DNA of 64,000 nt, from the IMG/VR virus record IMGVR_UViG_3300022752_006411. One strand, written 5' to 3'. A program made the position numbers and the translations under genes. This document shows, in pieces, positions 47,743 to 57,385 of this stretch. The notes under the pieces are model-generated. The model saw only the letters and a list, made by a program, of their open reading frames with translations. It was not told the DNA's origin and did no database searches. The first letter of the stretch is position 1. Each line of letters begins with the position of its first letter. The stretch is from an uncultured virus (IMG/VR IMGVR_UViG_3300022752_006411). Lineage: Duplodnaviria; Heunggongvirae; Uroviricota; Caudoviricetes.

Positions 47743-49006
47743 AGATATGCTTAATAACAGGAAACCTCAGACTTATTCCGCCATTCTGATTTTCTGATTC
47801 TGCGAAGTATTGAACAGTTATAATTTTTCCAATAATATCTTCTGGGTGATTGTGGAAAAATTTTCTTTGTTCAATTGTAAATCCACTGCCGACTCTGACT
47901 ATGTTGTTCTTATGTTCTATCATAACACAAGACAACATGACCTCTTCTTTTTCTTTGTTGTTGTAAACATAACGAAATGGACCCATTTCGCAATCAATTA
48001 CTTTATACTCAGCATCAAAAAAAGACTTGTACTTAATAAGATCTTTAGAACGCTTGCCTTTGTACTCAGAATTTTTTCTTAGAATCAAACCTTCCCAACC
48101 ATTATCCGAAGATTCTTTGACTAACTCCAAAAAATGGTCTTGATCTTTAATTTTTTCCTGTTTCAAGGCACCAAGAACTAAGTTTGCATTGTCTTCAAGA
48201 AGAAGCGATAGTTTTGCTAATCTTTTTTCAAGATTGTTTCCAGAATCGCCTTTCTTAGAAAAAAATTCTTTATGAGTCAAAACATCAAATATTTTATAAG
48301 AAGGATTGGGAATAGCATGATCTTTTCTTCTGAGTTCTTTCATAATTGCTTGAAAGTTTTCAGACCCATCTGGGTTGAATAGGCACAATTCACCATCCAA
48401 AACAACATCTTTTATCTTGGCTTCTTTTATTGCAGAAGCAACATTTCCTAAAGTGTCAAATGTTTTTCCGGTTCTAGAAAAAAACGTAGAATTGCCATTT
48501 GAATCAACAATTGCTATGCACCTAGCTCCATCAAGTTTTCTAGAACTAAACCAACCATCTTTGAAGTTTACAATTTTTTCTTCGTACTTTTCAGCAAGGG
48601 CAACGCTAAATTCTGGAATTAGGTCGGGAATTGCCTTGTTGACCAACTTGTCGCCAACTCTTATCTTCAAATCTTTATCAATAATGCTAAATATCAATTC
48701 TTTATAGTTTTTATTATTGTCAACAAATGCATTGACTGCGGCGATTGCATCATGCCCTGTTATGTTTCTGTCTTTAAGATCGTCAAGAAGTTCAAAGATA
48801 TTTTTATGAGAACCTCTTAAAAGAGTTTTGTTTTTCTTGCAATTAGAAGAAGAAACATAATATTGATATGTTGGGTGATAAACATAGTAAAACAAATTTT
48901 GCAACTCTGCGTTGTCTTCTAAATAATCTTTAATAATTTCAACTTTGTCATTAGAAGAAGAAGTGTTTTTCAGATCATCGACAAGAGACTGAAGTTTGTC
49001 AAGCAT
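47720..49006 (-). CDS. ATP-dependent DNA ligase
   Basis: KLDGAR, SRTGK, DGEL, FD, EGLILR, KYK, VGSGF, SLRFP. Confidence 0.93.
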   Translation of the reverse strand: MLDKLQSLVDDLKNTSSSNDKVEIIKDYLEDNAELQNLFYYVYHPTYQYYVSSSNCKKNKTLLRGSHKNIFELLDDLKDRNITGHDAIAAVNAFVDNNKNYKELIFSIIDKDLKIRVGDKLVNKAIPDLIPEFSVALAEKYEEKIVNFKDGWFSSRKLDGARCIAIVDSNGNSTFFSRTGKTFDTLGNVASAIKEAKIKDVVLDGELCLFNPDGSENFQAIMKELRRKDHAIPNPSYKIFDVLTHKEFFSKKGDSGNNLEKRLAKLSLLLEDNANLVLGALKQEKIKDQDHFLELVKESSDNGWEGLILRKNSEYKGKRSKDLIKYKSFFDAEYKVIDCEMGPFRYVYNNKEKEEVMLSCVMIEHKNNIVRVGSGFTIEQRKFFHNHPEDIIGKIITVQYFAESENQNGGISLRFPVIKHIYEGERDV

Positions 49007-49009
49007 ATA

Positions 49010-49222
49010 TCACCCTTCTTTCCTAGAAAGCCAGCCTTGATAAAAAAGAGGCTGTCGCTCGTCGCGTAAAATATTTCCAAGGTCATCCAAAATAACTCCG
49101 AAAAATATTCTAGTTCCCTTTTGAACAAACATAGTTTCGATCCAAGAATCCTCAAGATTCCACTCTACATTCTCAAAGACTGCGCGATCTTTCATGTACG
49201 CAATTAACTTTTTAGTAATCAT
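49010..49222 (-). CDS. hypothetical protein
   Basis: AAGGAG Shine-Dalgarno; MITKKLIAY. Confidence 0.6.
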   Translation of the reverse strand: MITKKLIAYMKDRAVFENVEWNLEDSWIETMFVQKGTRIFFGVILDDLGNILRDERQPLFYQGWLSRKEG

Positions 49223-49284
49223 TTTATCTCCTTGGTTTGAAAGCCTCTTGACCAAACAATAGAACGAATAGGCTTTGTTTCCAA

Positions 49285-50262
49285 TTATTCTTTATTGTTT
49301 TTTATTATTTTCCATATCTGTTTAGAATGATCTTTTTTATCAAGCATTTTAAATAAAACTTCTGGATGTTTTTGTTGCAAAAAATACTGGGCGGTTTCTT
49401 TTCTTGTTGGCATTTCTTTATAAGAAGAAATACATTCTTGTAGTATTAAATTGTATCTATTCTTATAATCTTGCTCTACAGATTTCACCCAATCATAAAA
49501 TTCGTCTGGTACTCTCTCTAAGACTATGGGATCGTTGTTTATCAAACTCTCTAAGATAGTATTTTCCGAAAGTTCGGTCACAATTTTATGAAGTCTAACG
49601 TACTCTTCGCCTTTTACTTTGATTCTAAATCCAGAATCAAAGCGAACAACAAATCCTTCTTGATCATTTCTAATTTTAGATTTTATATCTTGCAAGTCAA
49701 AAATGTCATAGGATTTAATTAATTCAAAGTTTTTATAATCATCAATTTTGTATTCTTTTCCTTTTGGATCAAACTTGGCAAGAAGCACTATTTTTTCTTG
49801 ATCGCCATAGTCGCAAACTATTCTGTTCCATTTTGCTATAAGTTCACCGGAATAGCATTTGGTTTTATCCAACTCAGAAAGATCATAAGTAGATAAAATT
49901 TTAGTTGCTGCTTGCGAGTGTTCGCTAGAAAAAGATCCTTTTGAAGCAACAACAAAATTATCTTCGTACCAAAAAAATAAAATTAAAGATCCGTCTAATT
50001 TTTCATAAACTTTAAAACTTTCTTTAGGAAGTGGAGATTTGACTTCTTCTAAGTTGAAAAACTTATCAAAGCTTTTTGCAACAACTGCGCCGTTACTATC
50101 AGTAACCAAAGCCCTGCACTTTAGAGTTATATCGTCCCACAATCTTTCGTACTGGACTTTTGGTGAATAATTCCAAATGAATAAAGGCAAATAAGGGTGC
50201 TTTTGTCTTACTAAAAGATTTTTTTCTAAATATTTCTCAAGTAAATTTATATCAAAATTCAT
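49285..50262 (-). CDS. T4 Rnl1-like RNA ligase
   Basis: CRAL, FDKFFN, EKLDGSL, EGFVV, KVKGEEY. Confidence 0.88.
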   Translation of the reverse strand: MNFDINLLEKYLEKNLLVRQKHPYLPLFIWNYSPKVQYERLWDDITLKCRALVTDSNGAVVAKSFDKFFNLEEVKSPLPKESFKVYEKLDGSLILFFWYEDNFVVASKGSFSSEHSQAATKILSTYDLSELDKTKCYSGELIAKWNRIVCDYGDQEKIVLLAKFDPKGKEYKIDDYKNFELIKSYDIFDLQDIKSKIRNDQEGFVVRFDSGFRIKVKGEEYVRLHKIVTELSENTILESLINNDPIVLERVPDEFYDWVKSVEQDYKNRYNLILQECISSYKEMPTRKETAQYFLQQKHPEVLFKMLDKKDHSKQIWKIIKNNKE

Positions 50263-51164
50263 AATTGTTCTATAAAATATTTGATTGCTTTGTCTTTCAT
50301 TTTGAATTCAAAATCTACATCAACATCAAACCCATAAGTATCAAACTTATTTTTAGGATAATCTGCATGAGCCCTTGGGTTCTTTCCCTCTCTACTTTCG
50401 CTGTAGTGGAACAAAGGCCTTGCATTTTGCCACGTTTCTTTGCACAATCCAAACGCTTCCGACTCCTTTAGGCCATCTGGATGGCATTTGTGGTGAAGGT
50501 AGTCGAACGTAATTGGAATGTTGGTTTTATTGTGAAAATTATTAATTAATCTCTTTACGCTCCAACAATTTATTTTATCATCGTTCTCTATAACCAGCCT
50601 CGCTTTACAGTTGGCATCAAGCTTATCAAAACTTGAAATAAATCTGTCGGTAATTTCACAAGAATCTCCGTCGTTATTATTTATGTGAAGATTTATTGGA
50701 GAGTTATAATCAGCAGAGCAGCCGATTCTGTCCATGAAACTTGAATAAAAATTTAATTCTCTTATTGTTTTATTTACGGCATCTGTATTCTTTGAAGCAA
50801 GAACATTAAACTCAGAAGGATGACAACTTACCCTAACCGGATTTTCTTGAATAAATAATTTAATTTGATCAAACAAATTAACAAGTCTATCATAGTCTGG
50901 AAGTTCTTCCAAACTAACATTGGCTTTATCGTAGGTTATAAGAGGGAAAAGGTCGCTAGAGAGTCTATAGCACAGATTGTTTGAGTAACAATATTTTATA
51001 GCGTGAAAAGTAACATCTATGTTGTTGTATATTCTTTCACTCAAAGTCGCAATTGCTACTTCTCTAGGTAGTTTAGAAAAATTAGAATAAGTTATTTTTT
51101 TGAATTTTTTAGGCGGGTCGTTTTCTTCTAAATTCAAAACGATACAGCAAACTCCGTACTTCAT
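50259..51164 (-). CDS. uvsE: UV-damage endonuclease
   Basis: YRLSSDLFP, SCHPSEF, IENDD, FDYLHH, HYSES, AHAD, EFKMKD. Confidence 0.92.
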   Translation of the reverse strand: MKYGVCCIVLNLEENDPPKKFKKITYSNFSKLPREVAIATLSERIYNNIDVTFHAIKYCYSNNLCYRLSSDLFPLITYDKANVSLEELPDYDRLVNLFDQIKLFIQENPVRVSCHPSEFNVLASKNTDAVNKTIRELNFYSSFMDRIGCSADYNSPINLHINNNDGDSCEITDRFISSFDKLDANCKARLVIENDDKINCWSVKRLINNFHNKTNIPITFDYLHHKCHPDGLKESEAFGLCKETWQNARPLFHYSESREGKNPRAHADYPKNKFDTYGFDVDVDFEFKMKDKAIKYFIEQL

Positions 51165-51213
51165 TTATATGCCTCCAAGTGCTTTGTAAGCACAATGGAG
51201 AATGTTAAGTTTG

Positions 51214-51660
51214 TTATTTTCTTTTTATTGTAATTTTTTTCTTTACTTCATTGGAAGAAGAAGCAACTTGAGACTGAACTTGAACAGGGTCTGTTTTAGG
51301 AATTATGGGGCCAATTTTATTTTTTGGAGGCCGACCTCTTCTTTTCTTAACTTGACCATCTTCGGTAGGCTTTTCTACAATTGGTGCAGAATTAAATTTA
51401 GTTATTAAATTTTTGATTTCATCTCCAGAATTATAATAAGAACAAATTATTTCTTTGACCTTTTTATAATCTTCACTAAAAATATTAAAAAACTGTTGGG
51501 CAAAAAAAACTAATGCTTCCGGCAAATAAGTGACATTATTTGTACGGCCAACAGAAATTACTTCTTCTGCCCACTCTATAACATCATTATGCTCAGTAGT
51601 TTTTAATTTTACTGGGCATTTTCCGGCCGGTATTGCAATTACAGGTATGCTAAAACTCAT
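51214..51660 (-). CDS. hypothetical protein with AT-hook-like motif
   Basis: KKRRGRPPK. Confidence 0.6.
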   Translation of the reverse strand: MSFSIPVIAIPAGKCPVKLKTTEHNDVIEWAEEVISVGRTNNVTYLPEALVFFAQQFFNIFSEDYKKVKEIICSYYNSGDEIKNLITKFNSAPIVEKPTEDGQVKKRRGRPPKNKIGPIIPKTDPVQVQSQVASSSNEVKKKITIKRK

Positions 51661-51902
51661 TTTTTCTCAAAACAATTAAGGCCTGCTTGGTGTTCCCAAG
51701 TTAATAATCCTGCCCTTGCTGATTTAGGGTTCGCACAAACGCCCCAATCATTTGAAAATGGTTCTTGCAATTTTATAAAATGCTTACAACCACAAGAGCA
51801 ATCCGGATAATCTTTTTCTGGGATTTCCCGTCTTTTAATTTCTCCACCATATTCTGAATAGTCTGTGGGGAGAATTCTCAAAGATTTGAATAAATTTTCC
51901 AT
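51657..51902 (-). CDS. small Cys-rich protein (DUF3027-like)
   Basis: DCSCGCKHF, DWGVCANPxS, EHQAG. Confidence 0.6.
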   Translation of the reverse strand: MENLFKSLRILPTDYSEYGGEIKRREIPEKDYPDCSCGCKHFIKLQEPFSNDWGVCANPKSARAGLLTWEHQAGLNCFEKK

Positions 51903-51945
51903 GACCTTTTCATTATATCTTTAATTTGAAAAAAATCAATATTAC

Positions 51946-52107
51946 TCAAAAATAATACTTAAGAATATTGAATATTATAACCTTCAATAAAAACACAGCT
52001 CCAATTCCCACAATTAAACCAAACATTGGAGGAAATAAAAAGCAAACAAGCAACAAGCCAAGCAATAATTTGCCCCAATTTTCATCGGGGGAAAAACTTC
52101 CAGACAT
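51946..52107 (-). CDS. small membrane protein (53 aa, not in ORF track)
   Basis: MSGSFSPDENWGKLLLGLLLVCFLFPP... Confidence 0.55.
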   Translation of the reverse strand: MSGSFSPDENWGKLLLGLLLVCFLFPPMFGLIVGIGAVFLLKVIIFNILKYYF

Positions 52108-53234
52108 TATGCACTCCTTTTTTCAAGGGCTTCAAAAGTATTTCTAACGCTAGTGGGCATTGCCTTGTAACCCCTGTTGGGGATGTTCCTCTTATCTAAT
52201 TCATCCAAGCCAGATTTAGTTATAGAGTAACCCTTAGAACAAACAGTCACAAGCGGAATTACTTGGTCAGGAGTTCTAGAAAGCAAAGGAGGCATGATGT
52301 ATTTTTGCAACTCTTCTTGCTTCACATGAACCACGAATGGCAATTGAGAAGCAGACATAGGAGATTGACCCAAAGCCTTTAGAACTTCAACTCTAGAATA
52401 CGTCATTCCAAGCTCATCAATCGAATGATCCCTAGCGACTATCTTAGCAACGCTTTTCCAATCAGAAGGACTCATTTCATATTCAACTCTCATATCCCTA
52501 GCAAAAGCTAAAGCCTCTCTAGGAACTTGCGAATTGTAATTTGCCACCAAGTCACAAACCTCACTAGGCCAGTCTTGATTATTCATTTGCACAATTCCAG
52601 ACATTTCTTTTTTAGAATACAGCCTAAGATAGATTTTCTGGAACCTTGTGTCAAAAGCATCGAACAGATCGCCTCTATCTGTAGTTGCTATCATCCAACA
52701 AATTTTGGATGTGTCCATATTGACACCATCTTCTGTAATCAAAAGTCTGTCGTTGGGCTCTGTTGCTTTTAGCAAGCCCTGAACCACAGAATTCTTAAGA
52801 TTGTGAACTTCGTCAATAAAGACAACGCACGGAGGACAAACGTATTTTTTGTCCCCGTAATCATACAAAGATAAATCGCCTTTATCAACACCATCAGTAG
52901 AGTACTCACTTAAAATCTTTTCAATTTCTAAGAAAATATCATGAGTATTTTTGGCCATCTGAGGCTCGATAACAACGAATGGCAAATCTAAACTTTTCGC
53001 AAACAGTTTGGTCAAGTGAGTCTTGCCAGTTGAAGGAGGGCCGCACAAAGCAAAAGAATAATCGGAACAATCATGGTTGTTTTTGCCGAAGGCAGAAAAA
53101 GCAGCCCTTGACAAACATCTAATTGCCTCACTGTTTCCTACAAAACTTGATAGAGGAAAATTTGGATTTTGGGGATTAGCCATCCACCTTCTGCCTTCTA
53201 CGCTACGAACTTCAAATCCGATTTGTCTTTGCAT
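52107..53234 (-). CDS. ruvB: RuvB-like Holliday junction AAA+ ATPase
   Basis: FVGN, GPPSTGKT, FIDEVH, ATTDRG, RF, PRE; C-terminal winged-helix-like region; GGAGG Shine-Dalgarno. Confidence 0.7.
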   Translation of the reverse strand: MQRQIGFEVRSVEGRRWMANPQNPNFPLSSFVGNSEAIRCLSRAAFSAFGKNNHDCSDYSFALCGPPSTGKTHLTKLFAKSLDLPFVVIEPQMAKNTHDIFLEIEKILSEYSTDGVDKGDLSLYDYGDKKYVCPPCVVFIDEVHNLKNSVVQGLLKATEPNDRLLITEDGVNMDTSKICWMIATTDRGDLFDAFDTRFQKIYLRLYSKKEMSGIVQMNNQDWPSEVCDLVANYNSQVPREALAFARDMRVEYEMSPSDWKSVAKIVARDHSIDELGMTYSRVEVLKALGQSPMSASQLPFVVHVKQEELQKYIMPPLLSRTPDQVIPLVTVCSKGYSITKSGLDELDKRNIPNRGYKAMPTSVRNTFEALEKRSA

Positions 53235-53274
53235 AGTTTTTACCTCCAGCCCAAAATGGCTCAAACCAAGAATG

Positions 53275-54294
53275 TTATGCGACTTTAGAATACTTCTTGA
53301 TTTTATCTTTGACTCTTCTCCAAGCATAAGTAATTGCCATTCTAGAATATGGCTTTCCTGTTTTTGGATTTACTAATTTTTTAGCCAAAGAGCCAATTCC
53401 CAAATTGTTGCTAGATGTCATAAACCCTTCAAGAACTATTTTCTCCAACTCAGTAAAATCCTCTAAGTTCAAAGAAATTTCATCATTTGAACACTCAACA
53501 CTTCTAATGCTAAAGTTATTTCCACTGGAAACACAACTGTATTCGATGGTTCCGTCAAGTCCAGAAAAACTTTTGCCGACAGTAGTGTAATCTAAAGATT
53601 TAGCGTCATTTTCTCCAGTCAAATCTGAGTGGTTCAAAACCTTGCTCATAGTAGAATTAAGAAGTTCAATCTCTTTCTCGTTGAACTTCAAAAATTCCAC
53701 TATTTCATCGAAGGTTTTATTTTTATCAAATTTATTTTTTGCTTCTTCGTATCTCCTTCTTATGGAGATAGCATTGGAGCCTAATGTTGAAAGTTGGCTT
53801 GTTCCATTGCAAATGTTTCTAATTTTATTAGAAACGCAACGGTACAGGTAAGTAGAGATTGCATAGTCCGTATCGGTATAACCATACATGGCCACAAGAG
53901 CAGCCTGAGTTGCCTCACTTTCTAAGTCATCAACGGAAAGGCAAACGTCATTATTAATTTTACTCCATTTATTTGCAATCTTGAAAAACATCCTAGAAAA
54001 AGACGAAATAATTTCTGCCTCTAGGCTTTTAGCAAAAACAATTTTTTCAACATCTTCTTTTTCTATCTTTACGTTTGCTATATTCAAAGAAGAGTTGGGA
54101 AACTTTTTGTTATCTTCTACAATTCTATTGATAAAAGCCATCTTGTTGAACTTTTTATTACCTACAAGTCTAAGCCCAGTCTTATCACAACCAGAAATTT
54201 TAGAATAATAACCTTCTAAAATCTTATTAGACTCAGACAGCTTGTTTTGAATAAACAGAGTTCTATCTTTTGAAATTTCAATATGCTTAATCAT
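53275..54294 (-). CDS. sigma70-family-like sigma factor
   Basis: Region 2-like DDLESEATQAALVAM...ISTYLYRCVSNKIR; region 4-like FTELEKIVL...YSRMAITYAWRRVKDKI. Confidence 0.65.
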   Translation of the reverse strand: MIKHIEISKDRTLFIQNKLSESNKILEGYYSKISGCDKTGLRLVGNKKFNKMAFINRIVEDNKKFPNSSLNIANVKIEKEDVEKIVFAKSLEAEIISSFSRMFFKIANKWSKINNDVCLSVDDLESEATQAALVAMYGYTDTDYAISTYLYRCVSNKIRNICNGTSQLSTLGSNAISIRRRYEEAKNKFDKNKTFDEIVEFLKFNEKEIELLNSTMSKVLNHSDLTGENDAKSLDYTTVGKSFSGLDGTIEYSCVSSGNNFSIRSVECSNDEISLNLEDFTELEKIVLEGFMTSSNNLGIGSLAKKLVNPKTGKPYSRMAITYAWRRVKDKIKKYSKVA

Positions 54295-54336
54295 TTTTAC
54301 GCCTTTCAATTTAGGGACGGCTTTAGAATAGCACAA

Positions 54337-55854
54337 CTAAGATCTGTTTATAAAACTTAAGAACTTCGCGGAATCTCTCGTTAGCAAATTTTTAATTTTT
54401 GCTCCAACATAACAACAAGCGTCATAATACATTCCGCTAGGCACAGCATCAGAAAATTCACGATTATGGTGACTTGAAATAAAGTGGTGGGCAAACTCAT
54501 GAATAATTAGAGAGTCAACTTCTACCGTAACGCTGTCAAACCAATCATAACCTAAAGAAGACATATTGAATTCCATTATTCCGCTACTTGGGCCTCGTCT
54601 TCCATAGCAAGCGGAAGTTCCCATTTGTTTGGCAAATCGAACAATCATTTTATTTATTCCCAAAGCCTCTTTGGCAAGATATTCAATATAACCAGCAATA
54701 TTTTTCATTCCGTCAGTCCAATCGGCAGGATCAACAAAATCAGCGGGCTTTGCATCTGGATCGTCACTCCAAGGTTTTGGGGTAGGAGATAACTTTCCAG
54801 CCGGTTTCAAGAGTTCAAACTCTTTAATATTTTCCCATTGTTCTTTTGTCAAGTTTCTCCCATGCACAATTGTTCCATCAAATTGAGCCTGCCATCTTAT
54901 GTTGGCCTCTTGATCTTTGGGGTCAAAAGAAGCCGCTTTTTTGCCAAATTTATTTTCTACAATAGTCTTTCTGACTTCTTTTGTGGAACTTGAATCAGCC
55001 AGAACATCGTTGCACCAACTGTTTGCATCTTGAGAGTTCAAAAGATCCAAAGAATTTTCCGCAACAGCGGTTCTCAATTTCTGATGGTAGGCTGGACTCA
55101 CATTGTCTCTATCTTTGTTTAGTATGACTTTTTGAAAAACTTGAACGTGCCATCTAATGTCAGTTTCAACAACTGGTATTGCCATTTCGTAAATAGTTGG
55201 CTTTTCGTTCTCTAGAGGCTCGTACAAATTAACTACAGTCTTTCGCACAGTTGATTTCATAACACCTTCTTCGTCAACAATTTTTGTTGGAAGTTGAGTT
55301 TCAAAAGTCTTAAAGGGACTTCTTGCAACCAAAGGAACATTATTAAACAAAACTTTGACTTCCTTTGGAATCAATATTTGCCCCAAAAGAACCTTGAGTT
55401 TTTCAAATTCTTCTCTGGACATCTCCATTATTCCTTTGACTTTAGTTCCAATGGATCTTTTTTGTCTTGGATTATAGTGTCTGCCTCTATCGTCAAAGAT
55501 AACAGTCCCAGTTGTAGTTTCTATCGAAGCCTCTCTACACAAAGAAAGCCAAAGTTTGCAACCGAAATTAAATTGACCACTTTGAAGAGGATTACTTCTT
55601 TTATAAGACTCGGCAAACAATGTATAAGAATGATGAAGGTATTCGCCATAACCTCTAGGGCTGTTATCTTCAACGCAAACTTCAACTAAAGATTTGTAAG
55701 GAACGGGAGTTGCTGTTATTTTTACTTCATTGACGCCAGAAAACCTTTCGTCAATTGCATTAGAAATCAACTCAATAAAAATATATTCAGGGCCACGTTC
55801 CTTGGCCTGTTTGTTCAATCCATTTTTGTCGGCTTCAAACCATTTTGTAGTCAT
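54337..55854 (-). CDS. GHKL ATPase fused to HEXXH zinc metallopeptidase-like domain
   Basis: ELISNAID, EDNSPRG, GQFNFG, GT; C-terminal IIHEFAHH. Confidence 0.75.
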   Translation of the reverse strand: MTTKWFEADKNGLNKQAKERGPEYIFIELISNAIDERFSGVNEVKITATPVPYKSLVEVCVEDNSPRGYGEYLHHSYTLFAESYKRSNPLQSGQFNFGCKLWLSLCREASIETTTGTVIFDDRGRHYNPRQKRSIGTKVKGIMEMSREEFEKLKVLLGQILIPKEVKVLFNNVPLVARSPFKTFETQLPTKIVDEEGVMKSTVRKTVVNLYEPLENEKPTIYEMAIPVVETDIRWHVQVFQKVILNKDRDNVSPAYHQKLRTAVAENSLDLLNSQDANSWCNDVLADSSSTKEVRKTIVENKFGKKAASFDPKDQEANIRWQAQFDGTIVHGRNLTKEQWENIKEFELLKPAGKLSPTPKPWSDDPDAKPADFVDPADWTDGMKNIAGYIEYLAKEALGINKMIVRFAKQMGTSACYGRRGPSSGIMEFNMSSLGYDWFDSVTVEVDSLIIHEFAHHFISSHHNREFSDAVPSGMYYDACCYVGAKIKNLLTRDSAKFLSFINRS

Positions 55855-55934
55855 AAAAAATTCCATTAAATAATTTAATTTATACTCGCACAACAAAAAT
55901 AGACCTAACAAAATTTGTTTTTTATAATTTACTG

Positions 55935-55962
55935 TTGATTTTTTATAAAATCATAATATAAT
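55935..55962 (+). promoter_or_regulatory. sigma70-type promoter for a leaderless transcript
   Basis: TTGATT-16-TATAAT-6-ATG(55969). Confidence 0.65.
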
Positions 55963-55968
55963 AAAAAT

Positions 55969-56664
55969 ATGGAAAGAGTAAGCGTTTCAAATGGCGACTT
56001 GCCTGTTTTGTTAGTTGCTCCACATGGAGCAGATGACATAAATACAGACTACATAGTAGACAGAATATCCTCGGAAATGGGGTTGTTTTCGGTCATAAAT
56101 AGAGGTTGGAAAAAATCAAAAAAAGTAGATTATTACCAAGATTTAGCCAATTGCAACAACATAAAGCACATACACGAAGAAGTTATAAAAGATGAATTTT
56201 TAGATCCAATATTAAAATCAGTCGCTAAAATTCAAAAAAAATTAGATGAACGAGTTTATGTGTTTTATCTGCATGGATGCTCAGACAATGTTCGTTTAGA
56301 AGCCAGCGATGACAATTTAGACATTATTGTCGGCTACGGAAACGGAAGTCCATCTTCGCACAGTTGTAATCTAAAATACAAAGATGCATTTATACACTTT
56401 TTACAAGAACAATCTTTTGGAGTTTATGAGGGGAAAAAAGGCGGAAATTTTTCTGGTCGTTCAAAAAACAACATAAATCAATTATTTAGATTGTGGCATA
56501 ATAATGAAAATGTTCATTCCATGCAAATTGAAATTGTGAATGAAATGAGGACTGAGGAGGAACTTATTGAAATTTGCTGTGATGGGCTAATATCAGCCAT
56601 TGATGATTTGATTATGTTTGATGACACAACTAAAATACCAAAAATAAAAGTAAGCAGTATTTAA
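55969..56664 (+). CDS. N-formylglutamate amidohydrolase-like Zn hydrolase
   Basis: LLVAPHG, LHG, DIIVGYG, MQIEI. Confidence 0.6.
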   Translation: MERVSVSNGDLPVLLVAPHGADDINTDYIVDRISSEMGLFSVINRGWKKSKKVDYYQDLANCNNIKHIHEEVIKDEFLDPILKSVAKIQKKLDERVYVFYLHGCSDNVRLEASDDNLDIIVGYGNGSPSSHSCNLKYKDAFIHFLQEQSFGVYEGKKGGNFSGRSKNNINQLFRLWHNNENVHSMQIEIVNEMRTEEELIEICCDGLISAIDDLIMFDDTTKIPKIKVSSI

Positions 56665-56665
56665 A

Positions 56666-56703
56666 TGCGTTGCAAAACCCTTTTTACAGGGTTTTGCAAC
56701 GCA
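56666..56703. terminator. bidirectional terminator between convergent genes
   Basis: 16-bp perfect inverted repeat TGCGTTGCAAAACCCT/AGGGTTTTGCAACGCA. Confidence 0.85.
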
Positions 56704-56717
56704 CTCAAAAAAATAAA

Positions 56718-57035
56718 CTACGAATTGATAATCTTGAAAACGATATCAAGGTTCTTCTTTGCGACGTTCAAATCTCCACCAACAGAATTGAGAAGATTCT
56801 TGGCAAAAACCCAAGAAGAAACATCATGGTTCTTCTTGGCCGCCTTGGCAGCATAACTACGACGATTTTTCTTCATCGAAGTCTTAACCTGATAAACCAA
56901 CTGCTTGGTTACACTTACTCCCTTGGCCTTCAAAGCCTCCATAACAGCAGCAGGCGACTTATCAGCCTCCGAAGAAGCAGTGCTAATATGTTCACGAATC
57001 ATTTCCGAACGGCTCTTTTCAGTCTTCTTTGACAT
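56718..57035 (-). CDS. small basic putative DNA-binding protein
   Basis: RSEMIR...SPAAVMEALKAKGVSVT..LVYQVK...AKNLL..VGG; paralogue of the next gene. Confidence 0.7.
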   Translation of the reverse strand: MSKKTEKSRSEMIREHISTASSEADKSPAAVMEALKAKGVSVTKQLVYQVKTSMKKNRRSYAAKAAKKNHDVSSWVFAKNLLNSVGGDLNVAKKNLDIVFKIINS

Positions 57036-57058
57036 AACTTTCTCCTTGAATAATCGAA

Positions 57059-57385
57059 CTAATTTAACAATTTAGAAACCACTTCTAAATTGATTTTTGC
57101 TAAAGAAAGATTGTTGTCGCAAGAATTAAGCAGCCTTTTGGCAAAACTTAATTTTTCTATTGCACAATCTTTCTTCTTCTTATTTCTAATGCAAATCGAC
57201 TTTTTCCTAAGTTTTAGCTTGACCATCCCTACATGATGAACAGTTACAACAACGCCCTTCTTTTTCAAGGCTTTTACAACTTGACTTGGAGAACCCTTAG
57301 AGTCAGGGTTGGACTTTACGTTCAAGTTGCATTTTATGCTTCTTAAGTATTGTCTAATTTTTTCAGACCTGTTCATAAAATTCAC
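57059..57385 (-). CDS. paralogous small basic putative DNA-binding protein
   Basis: RSEKIR...SPSQVVKALKKKGVVVT...AKRLL. Confidence 0.7.
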   Translation of the reverse strand: MNFMNRSEKIRQYLRSIKCNLNVKSNPDSKGSPSQVVKALKKKGVVVTVHHVGMVKLKLRKKSICIRNKKKKDCAIEKLSFAKRLLNSCDNNLSLAKINLEVVSKLLN

